Part shown: piece by piece, positions 20,335 to 30,576 of the stretch | Numbering within the stretch: the stretch's first letter is position 1 | Layout: each line of letters starts with the position of its first letter | Origin: a virus | DNA: 64,000 bases | IMG/VR virus record: IMGVR_UViG_3300027901_000002 | Span: 1 to 64,000 of that record | Direction: 5' to 3' (one strand) | Position numbers and translations under genes: made by a program | Notes under the pieces: model-generated | Databases searched by the model: none | Seen by the model: only the letters and a program-made list of their open reading frames with translations | Told to the model about the DNA's origin: nothing

Positions 20335-21234
20335 TTATCGCTCGGGAATTTCTTCTTCTTCTTCATACAATACACCGTCCTTGTCCTGCGAACCAATTGA
20401 AAGTATCTGATAAAAATTTGCGTCCATAGTTTCTATTCTTAAAACAACTGTATCTTCACTAGTCTTCCTAAAATTAAGAATAATTTCGTCTTGTAAGTTA
20501 GGAACAATTCCTTGTAAAGCAGAAAATTTAACTGAAAAATCAATAATTTCTTTTCCTATGTTTTCAAATGGAACTCTGTGTTTTGATTGATTTGTTGAGT
20601 TAGGAGTTCCGCTCCATATTTCTATGTTTTCTCCCTCAGAAATTATAATTGTGTTGTTGTCTTTTGTTAAAGTTACAGCGTCTGCTACGAACTTTTTGAG
20701 ATCGTCTTTTTTAACTTTTATTCTCATTGGATAAATTGCGCTAGCGGTTCCTAGCGTAATCCTCCAAACACCAATTCCTTCTTGAGAAACTAAATCGTGA
20801 CTATCTTTCCAAGCATTAAGTTCTTTTTCTTTGTTAGTTATTTCGTCTAACGCTTTATCTCCAACAATTCTTCGTTTATACCAATCCCCTTCTTGACTTT
20901 CTATGTAAATAGCGTCTCCATCACAACTAACAATAATTGGTTTAGCTCCATCTAAATTTTTGAAAATAGTATCGAATACTGATTTGTCAGTTATTTCTAT
21001 AATACCTCCTTCTTCTACTTTCGCTCCTATTGAAGCAAGTTGTTTTATTTTGTTAAAATAAGTGTCGAGACTTAACACTCTTAACTTGTTTTCTTTGTCG
21101 TCGACTTCAATAAAAAAAGCAGAAAAAAGAGGAGCGTCTACTTTACCCTTCGATTTAAACTGCAAAGTACCTTTACAAGAAACTGCGTCCAAAAATTTTT
21201 TGAAATCCTTCGTTTTTATAGTAAATTTTACCAT
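20335..21234 (-). CDS. Putative sliding clamp (divergent PCNA-like)
   Basis: About 300 aa with two-fold internal similarity (FTIKTKDFKKFLDAV / IKVKKDDLKKFVADA). Lies near PolB, and RFC subunits are present. Confidence 0.6.
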   Translation of the reverse strand: MVKFTIKTKDFKKFLDAVSCKGTLQFKSKGKVDAPLFSAFFIEVDDKENKLRVLSLDTYFNKIKQLASIGAKVEEGGIIEITDKSVFDTIFKNLDGAKPIIVSCDGDAIYIESQEGDWYKRRIVGDKALDEITNKEKELNAWKDSHDLVSQEGIGVWRITLGTASAIYPMRIKVKKDDLKKFVADAVTLTKDNNTIIISEGENIEIWSGTPNSTNQSKHRVPFENIGKEIIDFSVKFSALQGIVPNLQDEIILNFRKTSEDTVVLRIETMDANFYQILSIGSQDKDGVLYEEEEEIPER

Positions 21235-21420
21235 ATTATTCCGCTTCTTCTAATAATTTTTTTATTTTTTCTATTGTTGATTCAAATCTTGCTTCATTTG
21301 TTATAGTTATTGTGATATCTTCGTTTTGATTGTGAAGTGGCTTACGTATTCTATACTTATCTGTGTAGTCGTAAGTTGGTTCGTCATGCCAATTATAAAT
21401 CAACAAATTAAACGTTTTTC

Positions 21421-22434
21421 TTACCATAGATCTTCCTCCTCCACATCTCCTCCCATAAGATAGGGCGCCATGTGTTCTATAAACTTGAATATTGCTGTTC
21501 TTTTCTTTAATGGATAGTAAATTCCAGAATTTTCTGCGGCTAAGAGACTTTTGTATCTACCATTAACTAAGTCAAAATAAGCAAGGCCATCTGCGTCTCT
21601 TTTAATCCACCACAATTGATCTAAGTTAAAGGCGTTGTCTCCAGAACCCTCGGCCCATTTAAAACTATACGGACTTGCTTTTGGATTTTTCTTTAGAGCC
21701 GCATTATACCAATGTTCTGGTTTTTCTATGACTTTTACTGTATCTATCTGCCACCCTGGATAATTCCTCTTCTTCTTCATAGTTTCGCTCCACCAAGCGT
21801 TTCTTATTTGCCACTGATTTTGATTCTCTACTTTAGAGAACATATCAGCTTCAAAAGTCGCTTCGTAAACAACAGAAAACATGTCGTTCAATACTTCGTA
21901 ATAAGAGCTTATAGAGTCTATAATAAAAAGAGTTTCTTCGTTAAAATCTTCTATTGCTAATTGTATAGCGTCTTCAACTTCTCTTTTTGCTTTAAAGAGT
22001 TCTTCGCTTCTAGCGTTAACTATGCTACCGTTTTTCATTTTTGTTTGTCTTTTTGGAATAGAAATTGTGTGGTATTCTATAATAGGTTTTAGAGGTTTTA
22101 ACAAATCAGAAAAAGTACCTTTTTGAGACAACTTATGAAAAGAGTTATCTAAATCAAGTATTCTTATAGCTGAAACTTCTGGCATGTATCCTCCTTTCAA
22201 TAATTTTATTGAGTTTGGATACAATTCTGGATCTAATTTGTCGACATATTTACTATTAAACATTCCAAACAAAGCCGCCATTAAAGATTTACCTAAATGT
22301 TCTTCTCCTAAGATAGCAAGATTAAGACCATATCTTGTGTCCTCTGTTATTTTCTTATATACTATTTTTTCTCTTATTGTATCGTCTTGTTTAGCTTCTG
22401 TTTGCTTTGCTTGGGTATATTTAGCAAATCCCAT
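21421..22434 (-). CDS. P-loop ATPase, AAA_24/Sak4/RecA-like
   Basis: GEEHLGKS Walker A, LDLD, IIDSIS Walker B. Adjacent to an SSB-like gene. Confidence 0.65.
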   Translation of the reverse strand: MGFAKYTQAKQTEAKQDDTIREKIVYKKITEDTRYGLNLAILGEEHLGKSLMAALFGMFNSKYVDKLDPELYPNSIKLLKGGYMPEVSAIRILDLDNSFHKLSQKGTFSDLLKPLKPIIEYHTISIPKRQTKMKNGSIVNARSEELFKAKREVEDAIQLAIEDFNEETLFIIDSISSYYEVLNDMFSVVYEATFEADMFSKVENQNQWQIRNAWWSETMKKKRNYPGWQIDTVKVIEKPEHWYNAALKKNPKASPYSFKWAEGSGDNAFNLDQLWWIKRDADGLAYFDLVNGRYKSLLAAENSGIYYPLKKRTAIFKFIEHMAPYLMGGDVEEEDLW

Positions 22435-23759
22435 TATAAATCACCAGTTAATTCTTTCGGAAAAACTATCTTTTCGTAGTTAATCAAAGTTTTATATCCA
22501 CAAATATTTATTCTTAAATCTGGATCGTCTGCGTCTTGAATAGTTTCTCTACTTTCTCTATCGTATTTAGTATTACCTCTTCCAGTTTTAACGCAAATTA
22601 ATATGTCTGCTGGTGTTGGAATATCCATAGGTAAATGTTCGTCGTAATTAACGTAATGAGATTCCTCTCCAGTCGAATCGTGTTGAATTACTGCTGGATT
22701 ATAGGTTTCCTTAAATTCTCTTTTACCTAAGTAAGTAACTTGGTCTATGACACAATATTCGTCCCAGTGCGTAACGTCCCATCCACTGTCTCTTTTAAGA
22801 ACTTTTTCCTTACCAGTTTTTTTATCTATTACTTTAACTACCCTCCTATCTAAGTGCCATTGTTTTATATCTGCTAATTCGATTATTGGAACTAAATCCT
22901 TTTGTTCTTTTCCTTTTGCTTCTTGTTGAAGCATAAACGAACCATTAACAGATTCTATTAATTGAACAACGTCAATTTCTTCACCTGGCTCTTCAAATAA
23001 GATAGGTTTGCTTCTTGCGTTTACAACGTAACATTCGTCGTTGCTTAAAGTTTCGTTTAATTGAACTTTCATTTTGTAAATCCTAAAAAAGTCTAAGTGT
23101 TTACACACAAATTGACCACTACCAGGATTACCTGCGTCTCCAAAAAATCTAACTTGGACTTTCTTTGTTAAGTCTGGAGTATCTTCAAAAAATCCAAGAC
23201 CAAACATTGTAGTCTTCCAATTGGGATACAATGGTCTCGACCATTGCCAATTTTCTGTTCCTCCTCCTTCTGCGTTTTCGTCGTCTTCTTTTCCTAAATG
23301 TGTTCTAAAGTCTCTACAAATAGGATTAATGTTCGTTGCTGCGTCCCATAATTCTCCTTTAGTTGGTATAAATTCACCATCTACTTCTACGTATTCTTCT
23401 ATCGAAATGAGCGGCTTCTTTTTGATACAATGAATTTTTCCTTCATCTATTACCTTCTTTCTACTTTCTGGATTGTTCCAGAACTCCTCAAGAATCTTTT
23501 CTCTTGTGGAGGCGTTCGTGTCTCTACTAGGATCTTTGCCAAAGAATATAACATTAATTTCTTTACCAATTTCAGATTGAGCTTGAGTTAATTTTGCTCT
23601 AACTGCGTGAAGAGCCGCTACGCTTAAAGAAGGTTCCTTTTTTCCAGTTTCTGCCGCTAGTTTATTTTTCGCCCATTCAAATAGTTCTACTATCTTTTCA
23701 AAGTCCTTGTTAAAAGACTTTGCTAAATTTTCTAATAGTTTTTTCATTTGTGCTTCCAT
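22434..23759 (-). CDS. Putative single-stranded DNA-binding (RPA-like) replication protein
   Basis: Inferred from position between RFC and ATPase/clamp, a helical N-terminus and a beta-rich body. No diagnostic motif. Confidence 0.4.
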   Translation of the reverse strand: MEAQMKKLLENLAKSFNKDFEKIVELFEWAKNKLAAETGKKEPSLSVAALHAVRAKLTQAQSEIGKEINVIFFGKDPSRDTNASTREKILEEFWNNPESRKKVIDEGKIHCIKKKPLISIEEYVEVDGEFIPTKGELWDAATNINPICRDFRTHLGKEDDENAEGGGTENWQWSRPLYPNWKTTMFGLGFFEDTPDLTKKVQVRFFGDAGNPGSGQFVCKHLDFFRIYKMKVQLNETLSNDECYVVNARSKPILFEEPGEEIDVVQLIESVNGSFMLQQEAKGKEQKDLVPIIELADIKQWHLDRRVVKVIDKKTGKEKVLKRDSGWDVTHWDEYCVIDQVTYLGKREFKETYNPAVIQHDSTGEESHYVNYDEHLPMDIPTPADILICVKTGRGNTKYDRESRETIQDADDPDLRINICGYKTLINYEKIVFPKELTGDL

Positions 23760-23765
23760 AATTCA

Positions 23766-24581
23766 TCAATAATATTTTTTAATTCCTTTTCTAATTTTTG
23801 TTAGCATAATATCTGGTTTTTTCCAGATTTTGTTGTCTATTTCCTGACAACTATTTGATTTTACCAAAATATTTTTTATTTTGGTTTTATATTCGTTTGG
23901 ATAATCTAACAAAATAATATACCCACCGTGTATAAGATTGTTTTTTACAACACTGTCTAATCTCACATTCCAACTTTTTAAGGTTTCTTTTTTACCAGTA
24001 AATAAACTAACAAAACCTAAATATTGTGGAGTGTACAATCTTTCTTTTCTATATATCGAGTCAACAATCGTTGAAAACTTTTGGTTCCTCAATTCTTCTC
24101 TTATAAATTTTACTTCCATCGTTTTTAAATTTAATTTCTTTATGTAATCACGCAAATTATCAAAAATATAATTTAGTCTCTCTAAATTTAAATTAACCTT
24201 CTTAAATTTCATTTGGTCGTCAATGTTTTTTTCTATTTCACTACTTAACAAGAAAGCTATTATTTTTTTGTGATTATCGTCAAATTCTATTTGATACAAT
24301 TTATCTATCAATTCAGCAGTTTCTTTGTTAAACAAATGAGAAAACAACGAATAATACTTACTTGTTTTAACTATTCCAGTTATGTCGTCGTCTATTTTAT
24401 TCTTAATGTAATTAAGAGTATATTCGCTAGGTAAGTCACGTATAATAAATTCGCTAAAAATTCCCCAGCAATGGTACATTGGAGCAATATAAACTTCTTT
24501 GTCTAACTCACAAAGGAATTCTATTACGCCTATATCGTGTCCAAAAGGTACTAAGACTGGGGAACTAATCCTCACAGTCAT
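23766..24581 (-). CDS. Hypothetical protein
   Basis: 271-aa ORF in operon. Confidence 0.6.
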   Translation of the reverse strand: MTVRISSPVLVPFGHDIGVIEFLCELDKEVYIAPMYHCWGIFSEFIIRDLPSEYTLNYIKNKIDDDITGIVKTSKYYSLFSHLFNKETAELIDKLYQIEFDDNHKKIIAFLLSSEIEKNIDDQMKFKKVNLNLERLNYIFDNLRDYIKKLNLKTMEVKFIREELRNQKFSTIVDSIYRKERLYTPQYLGFVSLFTGKKETLKSWNVRLDSVVKNNLIHGGYIILLDYPNEYKTKIKNILVKSNSCQEIDNKIWKKPDIMLTKIRKGIKKYY

Positions 24582-24582
24582 C

Positions 24583-24882
24583 TTAAAAACTAAAGTGTGG
24601 TCTTCCTTCTTTTACTATCCAATATAAATGAATCCATTTTGGAGGAATATAGTGACAAATTTCTTCGTTGTCGAAAATACGATGTCCTCCAGACTCACTA
24701 ACGTGTAACTTCAAAGGATTATAAATATAAACTGTACAACCTCCAGGAAAAATATATGCTCTGAATTCTTCAGTGCTTATATCCTTCCAGTCGTAATCAG
24801 TCGTGTGTCTAAATTTATTGTTCTCTAGTATTGTTTCGTTTATAGGTATTCCACTATTAAACATATCGTCTTCTTCTGGCAT
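24583..24882 (-). CDS. Hypothetical phage-type protein
   Basis: DISTEEFRAY.F...P..L.VS.SGGHRI.D....HYIP..W pattern. Confidence 0.6.
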   Translation of the reverse strand: MPEEDDMFNSGIPINETILENNKFRHTTDYDWKDISTEEFRAYIFPGGCTVYIYNPLKLHVSESGGHRIFDNEEICHYIPPKWIHLYWIVKEGRPHFSF

Positions 24883-25185
24883 TTATTTCAACTTAATTAT
24901 TATTTTGGTAATTTTAAGTTTTGGTATTTTTTGCATTTTACCTCTCATTCCTTCGATGATTAAATCTTCTACCAAGCCGCTATTTCTTATCCAAGACATG
25001 TGGTTAGTTATCGAAGTAGGACTCCTACTAATAGCTTTTGCTATCGCTCCGTAATTTAATTTTTCGTCGTCGTCGTCGGCAATTAATTTAAGAATTTCCA
25101 ACCTCTTTAAGTCCGCTAAGGCTTTTGCAATTTTTTTCAACTTAACGTTGTCTGCTTTATTACCAATTTCAATTTCTAATTCCAT
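24883..25185 (-). CDS. ArsR-family winged HTH regulator
   Basis: AKALAD.KRLEILKLI...IAKAI..SPTSITNH...R.SGLV. Confidence 0.85.
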   Translation of the reverse strand: MELEIEIGNKADNVKLKKIAKALADLKRLEILKLIADDDDEKLNYGAIAKAISRSPTSITNHMSWIRNSGLVEDLIIEGMRGKMQKIPKLKITKIIIKLK

Positions 25186-25186
25186 T

Positions 25187-26122
25187 TTAATCCTCTTCTA
25201 ATAATGAAAACAAGTAATTTATTTGAATAATTTCGCTACTATACATCCTTAATCTAGCGTCTACTTTTGCAAACGCTTTAGAATACTTAAGAGAATTATC
25301 ACCTAATAAATCGTAATATTCCTCTAAAAAATCTCTTACGTCAAACGCTTCTTGTCTATATATCTCAAAAAAAGTTGCTCTTGGATTTTCTGATTCGTAA
25401 ACTCTTTGAGCTACGCTCCTACCAGTTTGTTCGTAAATCTTATACAAGTGATCCGTTGTTATAGGGTTTTCGTATCCACGAAGAGCTTCTAAACAATCGT
25501 TTAGCATGTGTCTTAAATCCCCTTTATAATATTCTGCTATATTTTTAGACATTACTTCTGGGAAGTCGAATTCTACTCCTTCCTTATTAGCTATATCCAA
25601 AAATAACTTAGCTGATTGTTCAGTCGTAGGTCTTTTAAAAAAGAACGTAGCGCAACGAGAAATTAAAGCTGGTTCTTTTATACCAGATATGTTGTTTAAA
25701 CATAAAATAAACTTACACCTATCTTCGTTCTTTTCTATAACTGGTCTAAGAGCGTGTTGAAATTCTCGAGTAGAAGAATCAACCTCGTCTAATAAGATAA
25801 ATCTACAAGGGCTACCGCTTTCTGGTTTTGTTCTCGCAAATTCTTCTATTCTATCTCTTACTGTATCTATTCCTCTTTCGCTTGAAGCGTTTAGTTCTCT
25901 AAAGTCCTTATCTCCTTCGTTTGTATTAATATGAATCGGTCTTCCAAGAACTGTTCTTGCTACTAATAACGCCATAGTTGTTTTGCCACACCCTGGAGGC
26001 CCAACAAACATAAGATGAGGAATATCGCCAACTTCTAAAAGAGCTTTTATATCTTTTACTATTTGTTCGTTTCCTATAAACTCGTCGAAAGTTCGAGGAC
26101 GATACTTTCTATCAAGATTCAT
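25187..26122 (-). CDS. rfcS: Replication factor C small subunit
   Basis: KYRP.TFDE.IG, GPPGCGKTT, ELNAS.ERGID, LDEVD, SRC, GDLR. Confidence 0.95.
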   Translation of the reverse strand: MNLDRKYRPRTFDEFIGNEQIVKDIKALLEVGDIPHLMFVGPPGCGKTTMALLVARTVLGRPIHINTNEGDKDFRELNASSERGIDTVRDRIEEFARTKPESGSPCRFILLDEVDSSTREFQHALRPVIEKNEDRCKFILCLNNISGIKEPALISRCATFFFKRPTTEQSAKLFLDIANKEGVEFDFPEVMSKNIAEYYKGDLRHMLNDCLEALRGYENPITTDHLYKIYEQTGRSVAQRVYESENPRATFFEIYRQEAFDVRDFLEEYYDLLGDNSLKYSKAFAKVDARLRMYSSEIIQINYLFSLLEED

Positions 26123-26266
26123 GGTTCGCTCAAACCTTTAATGTAATTTCTACATCTTTCTAATTCATTTGTTAATCTTTGTATTTGAGCTTCTAATGTT
26201 TTTATAGCGTCTTTTAAAATAGCGTTTTCTTTTTTATATTTTTTAACCAATTTAGATGAAAATTTG

Positions 26267-27055
26267 TTACTCATCTTTTTCTTCCGTTTTTTCTTTAAGC
26301 CACTGTTGATATTGAGAAGTTTCTTTCTCGTTTTTCAAGGCTAGTTCACCAGTTTCCTCTTCGTATTCTTTGTAAAAAGGATCGAATTTTGCTCTTTCTA
26401 CATCCAACCAATTTTTGAAGGCTTTTGTTTCTTTACCGTGGTAGACAGCTTTCTTATTTTTGTTAGATTTCTCAAATTGTTGATATAACTGATGTCTAAC
26501 TTCTTTTGTCGATTCGTCTTTTTTTGGTATAAGACTAAGCTCTTCGCTTCTTTCTAATTCGTCTAAAACGTCGCTTGTTCTATCTGGATCTTCGTCTTTA
26601 ATAACTTTTTGCTGTCTAAACAAAATTTCGTTTGCGACATGAGAAGGTGCCTCTAATAAATCCTCACTAGGTTCGTTAGTTAAATCGTAAATTTCGTCGT
26701 CTCTAAATTCTTCTTGTTCTGGTTCCTCAAATCCTTGCTCGTCTAAAGGAATTTCGTCAATTGTTTCTGCTTTTCTTATTGTAAATTTTTTCTTTTTCGG
26801 CTCTCCTTTTCCTTTTCTAAAGACGTAACATCCACCATAAGGTAAATCTGGATGTTCTGCAGTTCCACAATAAATCCATCCGACTGCTCCTAACCTATCA
26901 AAATAATCTAAAAACGCTTTTATCGTATCTCTTGTATCTAGTTGTATAGCACCTATTGGGCCTCTATACCCCTGCGCTCTCCTTTCTTGAATTGTTTGTT
27001 CTCTTGCTTCTCTTAATATCGCTTGTGGCGTTACAAATCTGTACAAATATGCCAT
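26267..27055 (-). CDS. Hypothetical protein with two C-terminal E-T-G-K-type repeats
   Basis: FEKSNKNKKAVYHGKETKAFKNW and YEEETGELALKNEKETSQYQQW. Confidence 0.65.
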   Translation of the reverse strand: MAYLYRFVTPQAILREAREQTIQERRAQGYRGPIGAIQLDTRDTIKAFLDYFDRLGAVGWIYCGTAEHPDLPYGGCYVFRKGKGEPKKKKFTIRKAETIDEIPLDEQGFEEPEQEEFRDDEIYDLTNEPSEDLLEAPSHVANEILFRQQKVIKDEDPDRTSDVLDELERSEELSLIPKKDESTKEVRHQLYQQFEKSNKNKKAVYHGKETKAFKNWLDVERAKFDPFYKEYEEETGELALKNEKETSQYQQWLKEKTEEKDE

Positions 27056-27645
27056 AATGTTTCTTCACCCATTATTTCGTCTATTTTTTTATATAAATCT
27101 TTTATTGTTCCAAAATTATAAATTTCTTTGTCTACTTCTATGTCGTCCATTTCGGTTTCGCTTGCGTGTAACTCATGCGAATCTCCGAGATTTCTATGTA
27201 TTCTTATTAATTTTCCTCCAAGTTTTTTGATTTCTTCGGCTTCGTGTTTAAACCTCACATCAGAAATTACGACGTTAAATTTAAGGTATTTAATGTCGTC
27301 TATCTCGTCTGGAATAGGTTCTGTATACCATTGTATAAATCTATATATCCACAATTTTCTTGGAGGGATCGTTTTCACAAGTTCTGGTATGTGGTTGTAA
27401 ATATCGTACTGAAAAAGTTCTGTACCAAAAACTTGTAATAATTTTCTTGGAGTTATTCCGTACCTGTCGTCTATCTCGTCTTTCTCTTTTCCCCACAATT
27501 GTTTGTTGGAAAGTAAGAAAATATCTTTACATGCTCTCTTCATTGGATCTGCAAGAGAGTATTTAATAAAGTCGTAATTTTTTACTAAATAATCGGCAAC
27601 AGTGTCTTTACCACTCCGTTTTTTTCCGATTAAACCAATTAACAT
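27031..27645 (-). CDS. Deoxynucleoside monophosphate kinase
   Basis: GLIGKKRSGKDTVA, SLADPMK, TPRKLLQ.FGTE, ISDVRF.HE, HASE. Confidence 0.93.
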   Translation of the reverse strand: MLIGLIGKKRSGKDTVADYLVKNYDFIKYSLADPMKRACKDIFLLSNKQLWGKEKDEIDDRYGITPRKLLQVFGTELFQYDIYNHIPELVKTIPPRKLWIYRFIQWYTEPIPDEIDDIKYLKFNVVISDVRFKHEAEEIKKLGGKLIRIHRNLGDSHELHASETEMDDIEVDKEIYNFGTIKDLYKKIDEIMGEETLWHICTDL

Positions 27646-27685
27646 AGTAATTAACTCGTTAAAAAATGAAAATAAAAAATGAAAT

Positions 27686-28057
27686 TTATCTCGTTACGTC
27701 TGATTTTAAGATAAATTCTCCTTTAAGAATAGTGTAAACTTTGTTGTTGCTGAGAGTAACTTGAAAATCGAACCAATATTTGCTTGGTCTCATCTCGTTT
27801 GTGTTTGTTGGAATTAAAAACATCTTAAATTTGCCGTCCGTTCCGTCTGTTGAATAGGTTATTTGTGTACTATCACCAGACGCTTTTTCGTTTTTTCTTT
27901 CGATTTCTATATTACTATTCTCTTTTAAATTTGCTCTTACTGTAAAAACTATTTCAGAATCGCTAATATCCACAGCAGTACCGTTTTCGTCGACAACGGT
28001 GATTTCTGCCGAATAATTGTCTCCTCTAAACATTTCAATTGTTGTTGTACTACTCAT
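27686..28057 (-). CDS. BppU-like Ig-fold virion protein
   Basis: RGD....ITV.D..G..VDIS...I.FTV, Y.FD.QV......VYT...G.F....DVT. Confidence 0.65.
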   Translation of the reverse strand: MSSTTTIEMFRGDNYSAEITVVDENGTAVDISDSEIVFTVRANLKENSNIEIERKNEKASGDSTQITYSTDGTDGKFKMFLIPTNTNEMRPSKYWFDFQVTLSNNKVYTILKGEFILKSDVTR

Positions 28058-28245
28058 CTATCTCAGCCTCTAACCCTTCTATTTCCACTAAAATACCAAT
28101 ATATTGTTCTTCTTGAACTAATAATCCTTGTAGAGATTCTATTTCTACCAATAATCCTTCTAAATCTTTCACAATTTGTAAACCTCCAACCCCTCCTCCA
28201 CCCCTAAATCCTCTTGATGCGTGTCTAAGTGTTATAAAACTCATT

Positions 28246-30540
28246 TTAATCACTGTCTTTTACTGCGATTGGTTCTGTATCTCCTAATTCACCATACCAA
28301 AGATAGACTGTTTTTGTTGATATAGGACTACTCCAATCTGGATCTGAATCGTTTTTTACTTTAATAATTATTCTATCTAAAACTCCAACTGCAACTTTTC
28401 TCGTGTCGTTTTGAACGGTAGCTTCGTAATATTCGTACGAAGTATTTCCATCTAAAGCATAACTTTTTACTAGCGTTATGTCTGAATCTATTGAATCTAT
28501 TTTTGATTCAATAGAAATGGTGTTTGCAAGAACTGTATCTACATTTCCATCAACAGTATCGACTTTTGATTCTATTGAAGTGGTATTAGATAATATTGTA
28601 TCGACATTTCCATCGACAACGTCGACTTTTGATTCAATAGATTCAGTGTTTGAAAGTATATCAGTAACATCTATTCCAATTTGATTTAGTTTACCTAACG
28701 CTTCACCTGTTGAGCCAGATATTACATGATCGACGAGTAGTTGATCCCATACTCTCTCCCAAATAATATCACTATTAACTGTACAAGTAACACCTTCGTC
28801 GTGCCAAGTTGTATAACCACCAAATCTTATAGTTCCAGCCGTACAACTAGAATGTCCATAAATTTCACATCCTTTTTCCGCTCCAAAAAGAGCTATTCCA
28901 CTCGTCATATTTTTTATTCTATAAACGCCAGTACTGTCTCCAGCAAACCCAACCATTCCACTACCGTTAGCGTCTATGTTAACTATAAACGGTGTAAGAG
29001 TTTGAGTGTCTCTAAAAAGGAGAATACCTAAGATACTGGTTTTGAGATTTGTTGTTATCCAACACCTTTTAAAGATTCCTTGCATACCCGTTATAGCGCC
29101 AAAGGCTAAATCGTTTCCGTAAATAAAACCACTTTGACTCCCAGTAATTTTAACTGCGTTAAATACGGAATTTCCTATCGGTTGACCATTCATGTTAATA
29201 GTACAACGGTTATAATTATCAGAAGTAAATATATATCCTTGATAAGCTTGGTCAAGCGTAATACTACCTACGCAATGAAACTCTCTAAATCCTAAATTGT
29301 CGGCTATAGTTCTCGCATCTGTTATGTTGTTTACTGGATGATAATGAGTTCCAACTGGAAATTCTGTACCTGCGTAGCCGTTGTCAACATCTATCCAAAC
29401 TTTACCTAGATAAGCAGTAATTTCCATAGTATGTCCAGCTGTTTCTGCTGTCGTGTGATCGGCAATCTTTTCTTCCCAGACCATCCATCTTGTAGTATCG
29501 TCAATAACTGTACAAGTTCCAGTTCCTTCTCCAAAATGACTTGCTTCTCCTCCAATTCTCACTTCTCCAGCAGAACACGTATCATCAACTGTGACTAAAC
29601 CTTGTCCATGTTTAAAAAATTTAGAACCAGAGTCTGTCATGTTTTTTACTGTACATTCGAGAATAGATTCAGTAATTCCAATAGAACCAGTTTCGTTCAT
29701 ATTTATATCGTACGAATTAACTCCAATAGAGTGGACGCCCCAAAGATAAGCCCACTCTCCAGATTTTACTGTAAGATTACTGGCTATAATTGCTTCAGTA
29801 TATTCTCCATATAAATCTGTAATACCATTTAATTCGCAAAAATGAGATCTAACACGACCATTTTGTTGACCAGTTAATTTTACATTTATAAAATTTGATT
29901 CTTCTACGTTTTGATTATTAAGAGTGATTGTACAAACTGACGGAGAATGTGCTTCAAAAGTATAACCACTAAAATCGCCAGATAGCGTTATATTTCCAGT
30001 AACGTGAAAATGCTCAAATCTTAAATTGTCGGCTATTGTTTTTGCGTCGGCTAAATTATTAACTGGATGAGCTTGCGTTCCTATAGGAAATTCTGTACCT
30101 GCTTCTCCTCCGTCAACGTCTATAACGACCATTCCATCGTAATACAATTCTTGAAGTTCTAACATTGAAATTGTAGCTGAAGACGAACTAGTAAGAGTTA
30201 CAGTAACATAAGCAGTTGGATTGACTGGATTACCATATTGTTCTGTTCCTGTATCGTATCGCACGAGATTACCTCCTCTTATGTTACAGAGTTCCCAATC
30301 AGGCCCTCCACGAGGCTCGAATTGAACTTTCCAATCGTAAAGTACCATTGTAATACCAACTAACACTCCTCCACCTAAATCCTGTTTACCATAAGCATCC
30401 GCTATCTTATTAACTTCGATGTTAGGAAAATCATCTTCGTAATCTCTAACAGCGTTAAATAATTCTTGAATAGTAAACTCTGCGTCTGGAGATTCACATT
30501 GTATTATCTGATTTGTCTTATCGAATGTAAACTCTACCAT
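28246..30540 (-). CDS. Large virion/fibre-like protein with internal repeats
   Basis: Two copies of IDVD.G.AGTEFP.GT..HPVNN..DA.TIADNL.F..FH and a 21-aa coiled-coil repeat. Confidence 0.65.
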   Translation of the reverse strand: MVEFTFDKTNQIIQCESPDAEFTIQELFNAVRDYEDDFPNIEVNKIADAYGKQDLGGGVLVGITMVLYDWKVQFEPRGGPDWELCNIRGGNLVRYDTGTEQYGNPVNPTAYVTVTLTSSSSATISMLELQELYYDGMVVIDVDGGEAGTEFPIGTQAHPVNNLADAKTIADNLRFEHFHVTGNITLSGDFSGYTFEAHSPSVCTITLNNQNVEESNFINVKLTGQQNGRVRSHFCELNGITDLYGEYTEAIIASNLTVKSGEWAYLWGVHSIGVNSYDINMNETGSIGITESILECTVKNMTDSGSKFFKHGQGLVTVDDTCSAGEVRIGGEASHFGEGTGTCTVIDDTTRWMVWEEKIADHTTAETAGHTMEITAYLGKVWIDVDNGYAGTEFPVGTHYHPVNNITDARTIADNLGFREFHCVGSITLDQAYQGYIFTSDNYNRCTINMNGQPIGNSVFNAVKITGSQSGFIYGNDLAFGAITGMQGIFKRCWITTNLKTSILGILLFRDTQTLTPFIVNIDANGSGMVGFAGDSTGVYRIKNMTSGIALFGAEKGCEIYGHSSCTAGTIRFGGYTTWHDEGVTCTVNSDIIWERVWDQLLVDHVISGSTGEALGKLNQIGIDVTDILSNTESIESKVDVVDGNVDTILSNTTSIESKVDTVDGNVDTVLANTISIESKIDSIDSDITLVKSYALDGNTSYEYYEATVQNDTRKVAVGVLDRIIIKVKNDSDPDWSSPISTKTVYLWYGELGDTEPIAVKDSD
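28480..28680 (-). repeat. About three tandem 63-bp (21-aa) repeats
   Basis: TTTGATTC(A/T)AT(A/T)GA recurs near 28502, 28565 and 28628, encoding SIESK(V/I)D.VDGNVDT.L.NT. Confidence 0.85.
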
Positions 30541-30576
30541 CAGTATCCACTGTAATAAATAAAAAAATATGTTTGT

